Below are positions 28,647 to 37,156 of a stretch of 57,783 nucleotides of DNA, piece by piece. The translations under genes and the position numbers were made by a program. Source of the DNA: a virus; IMG/VR virus record IMGVR_UViG_2554235495_000004, positions 1 through 57,783 of that record. The stretch is one strand, 5' to 3'. The first letter of the stretch is position 1; each line of letters starts with the position of its first letter. Under the pieces are notes generated by a model. The model was given only the letters and a program-made list of their open reading frames with translations. It was not told the origin of the DNA and searched no databases.

Positions 28647-28763
28647 TGGATGGATGTGAATGAGAATCGCGTCGGTGGTTCGTGGCGCTATTCGACGGCG
28701 ATCGCAGATTGATTCCAGAGAACGGCAGGACGGTTCGATTGTCAGATACGTCCCAACTATCGG

Positions 28764-31700
28764 TCAACGGATGATGTTGCCAACATCCTTGCTGTTCGTT
28801 CCGATTGTGCCTGTAAAATTCGTGAGAACGTTCCCGATGTAGGTCGTGTAGTCGCCAGCGCGTTTTATCCCCGCATTCGTCTGCCCTCGGATGTTGTTGA
28901 ATCCAACAATGCAGTACTGGGACTCCCCGGCGAAGCCAACCCCATGCTTTCCGGTTCCGTTGATGATATTCGATGCGATAGCCAGATTCGACATTCCCAG
29001 ATCAACCGTAATACCGTTTTTCCCGGCGTTTTTCACATGATTGCCTGTGACGGTCTGCCCCCCAGCAGCACATCCGAGACCATGCGCACTTGCCCCGACA
29101 ACATAATTTCCAGTTATCGAAGTATCAGAAGCGGCCGACCGTATGCCATCGGACCCTGGATCTTTGACGGCATTGCCAGATATGACCACTCCTGTTGCCC
29201 CCGATTCGATCGATATTCCCCGGCCGCCACATCTACTGAGTTGATTGTTCGATACCGTGAGGTTCTGGATCTCACCACCTCCGGTATTGGTGGCGATAGC
29301 GTGGCCAGTGCCGTCGGTGCTAACATTCCCGTCGATGGTGATGTTGCGTCTGACAACCCCCGACGCGCCGGGGCGGATTCTAACGAGGGTCCGATGCGTG
29401 TCATACCCGACATTCTCAGCGATAGAAATGTTCTCTTGGGGCGAGTTTGAACCGCCGCCAGAGAGGCCTATGAATGACCCTTCGGAGTTATTATAACAAA
29501 CATTACCCGTAACGATGGTGTTGGAACCACCGTAGCTATCGCCCGCCGCCCCCTCCTCCATATCGAGCGCGATTGACCTATCAAACCCGTTCGAGAGGTA
29601 GTTCCCGATGACTGAGACGTTCGTCGCCGCAGTCTGAATCCCACGGTCGCCCACGTCGTCGGTCCAGTTGTCGGCGATTGTGATACGGTCGCAATTGTGA
29701 GCGGCAGCAATGCCACTCCCGCCGTCGTTGTGGACGTGGTACGGGGAAGTTCGTGTTGCGAAGCACTGCTCAACCCGTGAGTCGGCGGCGTTGACGAGGA
29801 AAATCCCGTGAAGGTGGATTACGGTCTGGTCTTGGTTTGTGTCATTACCATGAACACCGACGCCACGGATTTCCACATCGCTCACGGCAGTCGAGTTTCC
29901 GACACGGATTCCGCCGACGTTGGCGTTATCCGCAACCTTGATGCACGGCTGTCCGTCTTCGGCAAACTGATTTTGTGCAATGACCGTCACGCCATCGACG
30001 TCGATGTCTAACCACTGTGAGGGACGATAGGGGGTTGCTGGCTGGGCGATATAGACAGTCTCGCCGTATGCGAGGTTGTTGAATGCCGATTCGAGTTCGG
30101 ACGTGGAACGGACAATAGTATCTGCAATCCCGGCGAGTGTGTCGGGGTTGATCGTCTCGCCACTGTGATCATGCCCTTCCGACGAGTACGCCGTTGAGTG
30201 TGCGCCATTGTCGTGGGTCTTCGGGTCCTGAGCGTCGGCGAGATCGCCCGATAGTCCCGTGACTGAGAGTTCGTTTGCACCGCCACTCTGGAGCGACGTG
30301 GGATCGAGTTGGGTGTCCGTATCGGTGGCCGAGACTTCGATGCTCACAGATCCATCACCGTCGTCCGTGACTGAGACGGTAGCGGCGTTCGCTTCAGTAA
30401 AGTTGAGGTCAGTGGCGTTGGCAAGCACCTGAGCGCCGTCTTCGGAGACGTTTACACGGGAGTCCGTTCCAGACCCACTCCCACCAACCTGAGTTTCTGT
30501 GCCACCACTTTGTTTTTTGTAGAGGATACCGTCGTCTCGGACGTAAAAGACAGTCTCGCCAGTATCTATCTCACTGTCGGGGACTTCTGAGGAGCGGTGG
30601 CCGATAAATAGCTCCCCCGCATGAACCGACGGGCTGTCGATCGGCGCGTCGATCGTGCCGTCCTCGTCGCTGTCGTAGGTGGGGTTGGTGTGGTCGTTCG
30701 GATTTGAGCCCGCGGGCAACGGGTCGGTCCGATCACCGCGTTCGATAACGTCCACGGTGACGGGGACATCGTTGCCACTGCCAGGGTTCACGCCCCATGA
30801 GACAGTGATCTCGACATCCCATGCACTCGCCGAGTCGTCCCAGATCTGCTCGAACTCCGTCGAGTAACCGTAGTCAGCCGCAAAACCTGGCTGTGAGGGG
30901 ACGCGAACCTCGACATCAAGGTTTGCGTCGCTAACGGGCGTCACTTCCTGTAGCGTGATTTTCAGAGCGGGATCAGTGCCGCCAGTCAGCGTTTCGTCGC
31001 TTGAGGTAACGACCTCTCCGAGCGTCTGGAGGTACTCCGAATAGGTGAACGGGTCGAAATTCAGATTCGATTCGGCGACGGTATCGTTGGCGTCGTTGAG
31101 ATACCGTGAGTCGTGATTGTGGCCAACCTCTGCGAGGTCGCGGCCGTGCAGCCCGTCCACCATATCCGCATCGCCCGTAATATTGACCGTCAGCTCGTCC
31201 TCGTCGTTGATCGTTGCAACGGTTTGGAGTGCGTCCCAGTAATCGTGACTCGCACCGACGCCCGCCGTCCGCGAGCCGTGATCCGCGTCGTCGTTGATGA
31301 CGCCCGTAATCTCGCTGTCCGTCCGCACGTCGGCGAGATCGGCGAGTGCCTGATCGTGCGTGACGCCAGCCCCATCGATGATGCTATCGGTCGTGATACC
31401 CGCCGCCACCAACTCGCGCACCCGGAGGTCGGGCGACACGCGCCGGTCGCGGAAGATGTCGTTATCGTCGATCGCCGTCGTGTTCGCGCCAACCCACACC
31501 TCGTGGAGTGGGATGACATCGTTCCGGCTGGCGAGGTCGGGCGGTGCGGGCCGGTTGGCATCGCCACGGATCGCATCCGGCGGGTCCGGTGGCTCGGCCG
31601 TGCCTGCTTCGACGGTGAGCGCGCCCGTATCCTTCAGGCAGATGAGCACCTTCCGTGGCTCATCCGCGACGTACTCTTGCAGGTTGACGTTCTTCGCGTC

Positions 31701-31874
31701 GGCCGAGGCTTTCGACCCCGCGAAGAACCCATCCACCTGCGTGATCGTGACTTCATACCCGCCGGCCGCCTGCGCTTCGCCACCCGAGATAACGCCGTAG
31801 CCCGCAAGCCGGAGATCGATGAGATTCGGGTCGAGTGCGTTCGCGGCAGTCTGGTCGAGATAGTCGTCGCCCAT
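28764..31874 (-). CDS. Tail fibre/tailspike with C-terminal beta-helix (putative depolymerase)
   Basis: 1036 aa; fibre linker repeats followed by many beta-helix coils (GN..NN repeats). Confidence 0.85.
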   Translation of the reverse strand: MGDDYLDQTAANALDPNLIDLRLAGYGVISGGEAQAAGGYEVTITQVDGFFAGSKASADAKNVNLQEYVADEPRKVLICLKDTGALTVEAGTAEPPDPPDAIRGDANRPAPPDLASRNDVIPLHEVWVGANTTAIDDNDIFRDRRVSPDLRVRELVAAGITTDSIIDGAGVTHDQALADLADVRTDSEITGVINDDADHGSRTAGVGASHDYWDALQTVATINDEDELTVNITGDADMVDGLHGRDLAEVGHNHDSRYLNDANDTVAESNLNFDPFTYSEYLQTLGEVVTSSDETLTGGTDPALKITLQEVTPVSDANLDVEVRVPSQPGFAADYGYSTEFEQIWDDSASAWDVEITVSWGVNPGSGNDVPVTVDVIERGDRTDPLPAGSNPNDHTNPTYDSDEDGTIDAPIDSPSVHAGELFIGHRSSEVPDSEIDTGETVFYVRDDGILYKKQSGGTETQVGGSGSGTDSRVNVSEDGAQVLANATDLNFTEANAATVSVTDDGDGSVSIEVSATDTDTQLDPTSLQSGGANELSVTGLSGDLADAQDPKTHDNGAHSTAYSSEGHDHSGETINPDTLAGIADTIVRSTSELESAFNNLAYGETVYIAQPATPYRPSQWLDIDVDGVTVIAQNQFAEDGQPCIKVADNANVGGIRVGNSTAVSDVEIRGVGVHGNDTNQDQTVIHLHGIFLVNAADSRVEQCFATRTSPYHVHNDGGSGIAAAHNCDRITIADNWTDDVGDRGIQTAATNVSVIGNYLSNGFDRSIALDMEEGAAGDSYGGSNTIVTGNVCYNNSEGSFIGLSGGGSNSPQENISIAENVGYDTHRTLVRIRPGASGVVRRNITIDGNVSTDGTGHAIATNTGGGEIQNLTVSNNQLSRCGGRGISIESGATGVVISGNAVKDPGSDGIRSAASDTSITGNYVVGASAHGLGCAAGGQTVTGNHVKNAGKNGITVDLGMSNLAIASNIINGTGKHGVGFAGESQYCIVGFNNIRGQTNAGIKRAGDYTTYIGNVLTNFTGTIGTNSKDVGNIIR

Positions 31875-31877
31875 CGA

Positions 31878-32258
31878 TTATCGGCCCCCGCGGCCCTGCT
31901 GACCGCCGTATTTCGCCTGCTGGTGGGCGATAAACAACTCACGCTCGGCTGGCTGTTCGAGAGCTTGCGAGAAGAGCCGCTCGACGGAGACGCCCGCATC
32001 GCGGAGGGCGGCGACGTGCGCCGCAGCAGGGTTATCGAACGTGAGTGTCACGGTAACGCGGTGGTCGTCGCGCTCTTGTCCGTCAGCGCCGCCGCTCTCG
32101 GCGTCGGGCTGGTCACTGTCCGCCGCGGCGTCTTCATCCGGGGTATGAATCTCGCCGTCGCTGTGCGCCTGTCTGCGCCCGCTCTCGGCGCGCGTGGTGT
32201 CATCACTGTCGGCAGCGGTGCTATCGCTCTCTGGGTCGGTAGCAGTCTCAGGAGGCAT
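31878..32258 (-). CDS. Hypothetical protein (possible fibre chaperone)
   Basis: Lies between two fibre genes. Confidence 0.55.
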   Translation of the reverse strand: MPPETATDPESDSTAADSDDTTRAESGRRQAHSDGEIHTPDEDAAADSDQPDAESGGADGQERDDHRVTVTLTFDNPAAAHVAALRDAGVSVERLFSQALEQPAERELFIAHQQAKYGGQQGRGGR

Positions 32259-32266
32259 AAATTCAG

Positions 32267-33871
32267 TCAGGAGAAGTTGGCGAGCGTCGATTCTTGATCG
32301 CCGTCGAACGCGAAGAACCGGCCCGTTTGCATATTTATCGTGAACCCGATCGTCTGTGCTTTGTTCTGGATCGAGACCCGGCCCTCTTGGTTCACGATCT
32401 CGATCTCGTTGCCGCGCGGCGTCCCGCTCGACGAATCGTTCATGACGAGATTCGGCCGCGGTCCTTCAAGGTGGACGTTGTGCCCGTCCGTGCCGAAGCC
32501 CGGAACGTCGGACTGGATCGGGCCTTCCGGAGCGTCAACGCCAGCGGTGATCGTATAGGCTCCCGAGATATGGCCGACATGCCCGAGACCGTTGCGGTGC
32601 ATGGTGACATCATCGCGGATATCGATCGTATCGCCCGCGGCCTGGAGCCCACCAACGCCCGTGAACGGATTGCCCTCCATATCGAGCGGGCCAGTCATGG
32701 AGTCGCCCTTCGCATTGACCATGTTCTGGTTGGTCCATGTCTGCGATGCGAGGCGGCCCTCCTCGCTGAATACGTGCCCTTCGTCGGCGTGAACGTTCCC
32801 ACCGACCTCGACACTCAAGAGAGTCTGCGTCTCGGCGAGGTCGGTCCGGGCGATGGCGAGTGGGCGACCCATGTCGGCCCGCGAGCGCCACTCGTAGGTC
32901 TGGCCGTTATCCTCGTTGTTGTCGACGACGACGGTCTTCCTGCCGTTCGGCACGCTTCGGAGGTCAAGCAGTTTGTCGGCCGCCGCGTTCGGCGTGAGCT
33001 TGCTGATGTTATCGATGCCGTAGCCATTCCAATTGGCGTCGGCATCCATCCGGTCTCGTGTGTCAGTGCGAAGCAGATTCGGGCCAGGGATGCCACCCAC
33101 CGCGTCGGCGTTGTCGGCCGCAGCGGCGTGGTCGGCCTCCGCAACGGCCCCCGAGACATTGCTGCCGGCCACCGACCCCGCCTCGCCCGACACACTCACA
33201 TCGAGTGAGGTCTCGGCGTTGACGGCCGCGACTGCCTCGGCCGGCTGGAGATAGTCGTGTGGCGCGTCCGACCCGTGGCTGGCGTTCTGATTGACAGCCG
33301 TGTTGATCTCGTCGTCCGTTCGGATGTCCGCCGCGCCGGCGAGTTCGCCCGTGTGGACTCTTCCGGACGGGTCCTCGAACTGGTCCTGAACGGTGAGATT
33401 GCTAAACTCGCCCGAAGGGTACTGGTTGCGTGGTTCGGCGGTGCCGGCCTGTGGGTCGATCCGGGAAATCTCCACCGCGTCGTCAGCCGACGACCCGCCA
33501 GTCGTGACCTCGATCAATGGGTCGTCGTTGATCTCGTAATTCAGGTCGGCATAGACGTGGTTAGTCTCGGTCGTACTAGCGAGTGCGACCCCCGAGCGAG
33601 CGTCGTAATGGCTGGCGACGAGGGCGTTGTGGACGGTCTGGCTGTGAGAGGTTCCGTCATCGGCTTGCCACTCAGCTAGAGCTGTGTCAAGTATAGCGTA
33701 GACTTTTCCCTCAGTCAAATCGAAAGTACCGGCGCTAGCGTCAATGCTTGTCTCTGGGACTTTGAGGCCGAAGTCGACGTACTCGTCGATCGGCGCTGCC
33801 GCTGCCAGTACAGCAACATGTTCGGGGGCGTATAGGTCATCCCCTGATTGCAGGACGGTATAATCAACCAT
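32267..33871 (-). CDS. Tail fibre protein
   Basis: Follows the baseplate genes; shares the HT..LA..AD.RTD.EI..HGS..HDY linker with 28764-31874. Confidence 0.8.
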   Translation of the reverse strand: MVDYTVLQSGDDLYAPEHVAVLAAAAPIDEYVDFGLKVPETSIDASAGTFDLTEGKVYAILDTALAEWQADDGTSHSQTVHNALVASHYDARSGVALASTTETNHVYADLNYEINDDPLIEVTTGGSSADDAVEISRIDPQAGTAEPRNQYPSGEFSNLTVQDQFEDPSGRVHTGELAGAADIRTDDEINTAVNQNASHGSDAPHDYLQPAEAVAAVNAETSLDVSVSGEAGSVAGSNVSGAVAEADHAAAADNADAVGGIPGPNLLRTDTRDRMDADANWNGYGIDNISKLTPNAAADKLLDLRSVPNGRKTVVVDNNEDNGQTYEWRSRADMGRPLAIARTDLAETQTLLSVEVGGNVHADEGHVFSEEGRLASQTWTNQNMVNAKGDSMTGPLDMEGNPFTGVGGLQAAGDTIDIRDDVTMHRNGLGHVGHISGAYTITAGVDAPEGPIQSDVPGFGTDGHNVHLEGPRPNLVMNDSSSGTPRGNEIEIVNQEGRVSIQNKAQTIGFTINMQTGRFFAFDGDQESTLANFS

Positions 33872-33892
33872 TGAGAACTTGTGTTTCTCGTG

Positions 33893-33903
33893 TCATTTTA
33901 TAT
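33893..33903 (-). promoter_or_regulatory. TATA box for a leaderless tail-fibre transcript
   Basis: TATAAAA on the - strand, 24 nt before ATG 33871. Confidence 0.5.
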
Positions 33904-34050
33904 GATCAGTCTTGATAGTCTCTGTCCGCCGTGGATTACTTGAATTGGCCCCAAAATCGGCGCAACATCCTCGCCCGCCGTTCGCGGCGGGCCTTCCGCA
34001 CAGTGGAAGTCCGGCCGGCCCGGAGGGGTTTCAGCCCCACTCCGCGAGCG

Positions 34051-34422
34051 TCACACTGGGCCGAGAATCGGCATCGTACTCGTGACACTCTCACCAGCAC
34101 CCGGCTCCTTCACGCCGAACACATCCCGCGAGTAGAGTTGGCTCTCAGAGCCGATGATGAGTGCCGCCTCAGTAATCTGTGTTCCGGCAGGCACCTCGTC
34201 ACCCCCCGTCACGCTGAGTTTTGCCTCATACCGGCCGGGTGTGTCGGGATCGTCGACCCAGTTCAGCGGCGCGTCACCCGTCGTGGCGCGAAAGACCTCG
34301 TTTTCGAGTTGGGTATCGGAGGCTGTCGGGGCCGTCGTGCCGGTCCCGATCGCCATCACATTGACATACCCGCCCACGAGGTGGTCCGATACTGCTTCTA
34401 AACCTGCGTCAGTTTCAACCAT
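34051..34422 (-). CDS. Tail collar/fibre attachment protein
   Basis: MAIGTGTTAPTASDTQLENEVFR motif typical of tail-collar proteins. Confidence 0.75.
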   Translation of the reverse strand: MVETDAGLEAVSDHLVGGYVNVMAIGTGTTAPTASDTQLENEVFRATTGDAPLNWVDDPDTPGRYEAKLSVTGGDEVPAGTQITEAALIIGSESQLYSRDVFGVKEPGAGESVTSTMPILGPV

Positions 34423-34449
34423 AGGAGAAGTCTGAAGGAGTGTTGATCG

Positions 34450-35082
34450 TCAGTCGTCAGAGAAGCCCGCGCCGTAGCCCGTCGTATCGGTCGTCACGAC
34501 ATCGACATCGCCCGTCCGGATGCCGAGGCGCGTCGGTGCCGTCTCGAACTCGAAACTCGTCGCCGACGCCTCGCCGGTTCGGATGCCGAGTCGTGCCGAG
34601 TCGAGTACGTACTCGATCGGGCCGGTGAGTTGTACTGTCGATGGATCGGCCAGTTCCGCGAGTTCATGCACCAACGATACTTCGTGATCGCCCCACTCGT
34701 GGACCGTCAGCGAGTATTCGTTACTCGTGAAGTTCTCGCGCACGTCCACCGTGTCGGGTTCGGCGACGAGGCCGCCCGAGACGGCGACTTTGATGTCTTG
34801 GCTCGTCCCGCGGCCTGAGTAGGCGTTGACGAGAGCTTTGAGGTACTGGCGATACGCACCGTCGCCGCGGCCGAACCGCTCGCCGAGAACGCCGAAGTCC
34901 CACGCCAACTCATCGAGATCCTGGCCATCCGCCCGCTCGATTTGCTGACTCGCGATGACGTATTCGAGGTCGTCATCGAACTGGTCGAACAGCGTCTGGT
35001 GAGCGCGTGCCCAGCCCTGAACATTCGACGGGAGTTCGGGCAACGGCCGCGGGAGGTGATCCGCATAGTCAGTGGTGAACAC
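34450..35082 (-). CDS. Baseplate wedge protein (gpI-like)
   Basis: Follows the J-like gene; DGQDLD..A..FGV..R...D..YR..L motif. Confidence 0.75.
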   Translation of the reverse strand: MFTTDYADHLPRPLPELPSNVQGWARAHQTLFDQFDDDLEYVIASQQIERADGQDLDELAWDFGVLGERFGRGDGAYRQYLKALVNAYSGRGTSQDIKVAVSGGLVAEPDTVDVRENFTSNEYSLTVHEWGDHEVSLVHELAELADPSTVQLTGPIEYVLDSARLGIRTGEASATSFEFETAPTRLGIRTGDVDVVTTDTTGYGAGFSDD

Positions 35083-35085
35083 GGC

Positions 35086-36606
35086 CTACGATCCCCCACT
35101 CTCGACAGTGACGGTGATATTGCCGGGGTCGGCCACTTCACGCTGTGCGATAACTACGTCATCCGCAACGGTGTAATCGACGGTGAACGTCGTACCGTTG
35201 TCGGGATTCGACCCGCCGATGGACCAATCGATCGTGTCAATCGCGCCGTCGCCCGTCGTGTCGGTCGTGGTGTAGTCCGTCCCCGCCACGAATGTAGTCT
35301 GTGAGCCGCCGGCCGTCCCCGTCACGTCGCCGACGTTCGCTGCCGCACTATCGAGTTGGTACTGCGCCGTCCCGCTGGTGTAGGTGTGCGGTTCGTCAGA
35401 TAGCGAGAGCGTGGCGTCAACGTCCGCAAGGTCCCCCGGGGCTGCATCCATCACCTCGTAGGTGATGCGGCCGTCAGCGACGTTCTCGCCGAGCGTGAGA
35501 CTCGCCAGATACTCGGCCAGCGTGTTCTCAATCGCCGTCGTGTCGAGGTCGGTGCCATCGAGCGTCAGATCGACATCCACGACCCGCCGGGTGGCGCGGA
35601 GGAGGCGGTGATAGACCGTCGACGGGAATACGTCATCGCGGTCGAAGAACGTCTCGAACTCGCTATCGGTCACGTCGGGCGCATTCACGAGCACGCGGCC
35701 GTAGGGCGCGCCGTTCGTGCCACTGATGTCGGGGTCGGTCTCGGGATCGTAGGTGTCGATCTCGCTACCGGAGACCGAGAGCGTGGGCGTGCCGTCGTAA
35801 TGCTGGATGATCTCTACGTCGCCGTCGTCGATCGAGGCGAACGCCGAGATGAACTGGCCTTCAATCCCGCCCGTCGTGCCGCCACCCGAGCGATTGACGA
35901 GTGCGTTGCGCGTCCGCTGGCGAAGCGACTCGTTGCCCTCCTCCCCCTCACCATCATACGTAGCGTTCGGGTTCGTGACGGTGAGAATGTCCGACGTATC
36001 CTGTTCCTGTTCGTCGGGGACGTATTCGATTATATTCGAGCCGACGTTGTACTCCGCCCCGACGGCCGCCTCGTTCTCCTCACGGTTCCACGCCGTGATG
36101 GGGAGCGTGACGGTGGTGCTCGCGCCCGTCGGCGACCCGTTATCGGTGATGCGATAGGCGAGATAGTCGCCTGCGGCATCCGGCGTTGTCCCGACGATAG
36201 TGCCTGCCTCGACGGTGGCGTCCGGGCTATCGACGGTGACGAGAATCTCGCCGATGGCCGGCGAGCCCGGATCGCGGACCACGCCGTTCTCGATCGCCTT
36301 CTGGTCGAGGTCGAAATCGACCATCAACGAGTTCAAGTATGGCAGGTCGATCCGGGCGATCTGCTCTTCGGTAAAGAGGGTGGAGAGTTTGTCCTCGGTG
36401 ACGGGGCCGCCGGCGAATCTGAGCCACCCGGAGAGCTGTGCGGCCAGCATCCCGTGCTGGATGTCGCTCAGGTACTCGGCCTCACCATCGAGAAGGATGT
36501 ACTCGGGCGAGTGCTGCGAGAAATTCGTGAGATCGGCTATCTCGCTGGACGTGAGACTAATCAGTCGTTTGCGGGTCGTGTCCGCAGTTTCGATTTGGAG
36601 CGGCAT
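35086..36606 (-). CDS. Baseplate J-like protein
   Basis: GA.YNV..N.I, NP....GEGEEGNESLRQR and GGT..GI motifs. Confidence 0.88.
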   Translation of the reverse strand: MPLQIETADTTRKRLISLTSSEIADLTNFSQHSPEYILLDGEAEYLSDIQHGMLAAQLSGWLRFAGGPVTEDKLSTLFTEEQIARIDLPYLNSLMVDFDLDQKAIENGVVRDPGSPAIGEILVTVDSPDATVEAGTIVGTTPDAAGDYLAYRITDNGSPTGASTTVTLPITAWNREENEAAVGAEYNVGSNIIEYVPDEQEQDTSDILTVTNPNATYDGEGEEGNESLRQRTRNALVNRSGGGTTGGIEGQFISAFASIDDGDVEIIQHYDGTPTLSVSGSEIDTYDPETDPDISGTNGAPYGRVLVNAPDVTDSEFETFFDRDDVFPSTVYHRLLRATRRVVDVDLTLDGTDLDTTAIENTLAEYLASLTLGENVADGRITYEVMDAAPGDLADVDATLSLSDEPHTYTSGTAQYQLDSAAANVGDVTGTAGGSQTTFVAGTDYTTTDTTGDGAIDTIDWSIGGSNPDNGTTFTVDYTVADDVVIAQREVADPGNITVTVESGGS

Positions 36607-36643
36607 AGGTAGAGATGGGGGTTGAGAGCGTCGGAGCCGAGTG

Positions 36644-37153
36644 TTAGCCCGTCGGCTGCACTGGAATCACCACGTCGTGATACTCGTCGTCGGCCGCAAG
36701 GATCTGCATTTCCGCGCCGATCGTGTCGACACCGCTGCGATAGACTTCGGGCGGTTCAGGGACTCGATAGACTCGTGGGTCGCGGGTGACGACGTTGCTG
36801 TACTGGTTGGCGAGATCGGCAAACGTCTCCGGCGTGGGCTGGCCGATCACGGGGTCAGTCTCGCGGGAGATAGCAAACGCGAGGTCTTGGCCAAGCATCT
36901 CCACGCCCGAGGTGGTGGCGAGCGACCCCTGTTCGTTCACGACGAGATCCCATGCCACCTGCCCGTCGTCGGTTTCGCTGGGTGCCCCCGCGAGTTTTAG
37001 CCCCGCCCCGAATGCCTCGCGTGGCGTGGGCCGGTCGGCCTCCTCGCGGCCACGCTGCTCGGCGAGCTGGGCCGCGCGTGAATCTTCCGGTTCGGGGGAT
37101 TCTTCGCCTTCGCCCCATCGAAACTCGCCATATCGCGTTTCGCCATAGACCAT
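36644..37153 (-). CDS. Baseplate gp25/gpW-like protein
   Basis: G.LAT.SG...L.QDL motif; position before J. Confidence 0.7.
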   Translation of the reverse strand: MVYGETRYGEFRWGEGEESPEPEDSRAAQLAEQRGREEADRPTPREAFGAGLKLAGAPSETDDGQVAWDLVVNEQGSLATTSGVEMLGQDLAFAISRETDPVIGQPTPETFADLANQYSNVVTRDPRVYRVPEPPEVYRSGVDTIGAEMQILAADDEYHDVVIPVQPTG

Positions 37154-37156
37154 AGA

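Noticed and set aside
25612-31874. phiCh1-like invertible tail-fibre switch (homologous domains in inverted orientation)
   Set aside because: There is no recombinase between the genes, nucleotide similarity is only moderate with no identical inverted repeats seen, and the + strand copy has its own promoter and Tat signal.
33960-34050. Hammerhead or HDV-like ribozyme (also tested on 14208-14262 and 42694-42749)
   Set aside because: The CUGANGA/GAAA core and the HDV nested pseudoknot pairings could not be formed.
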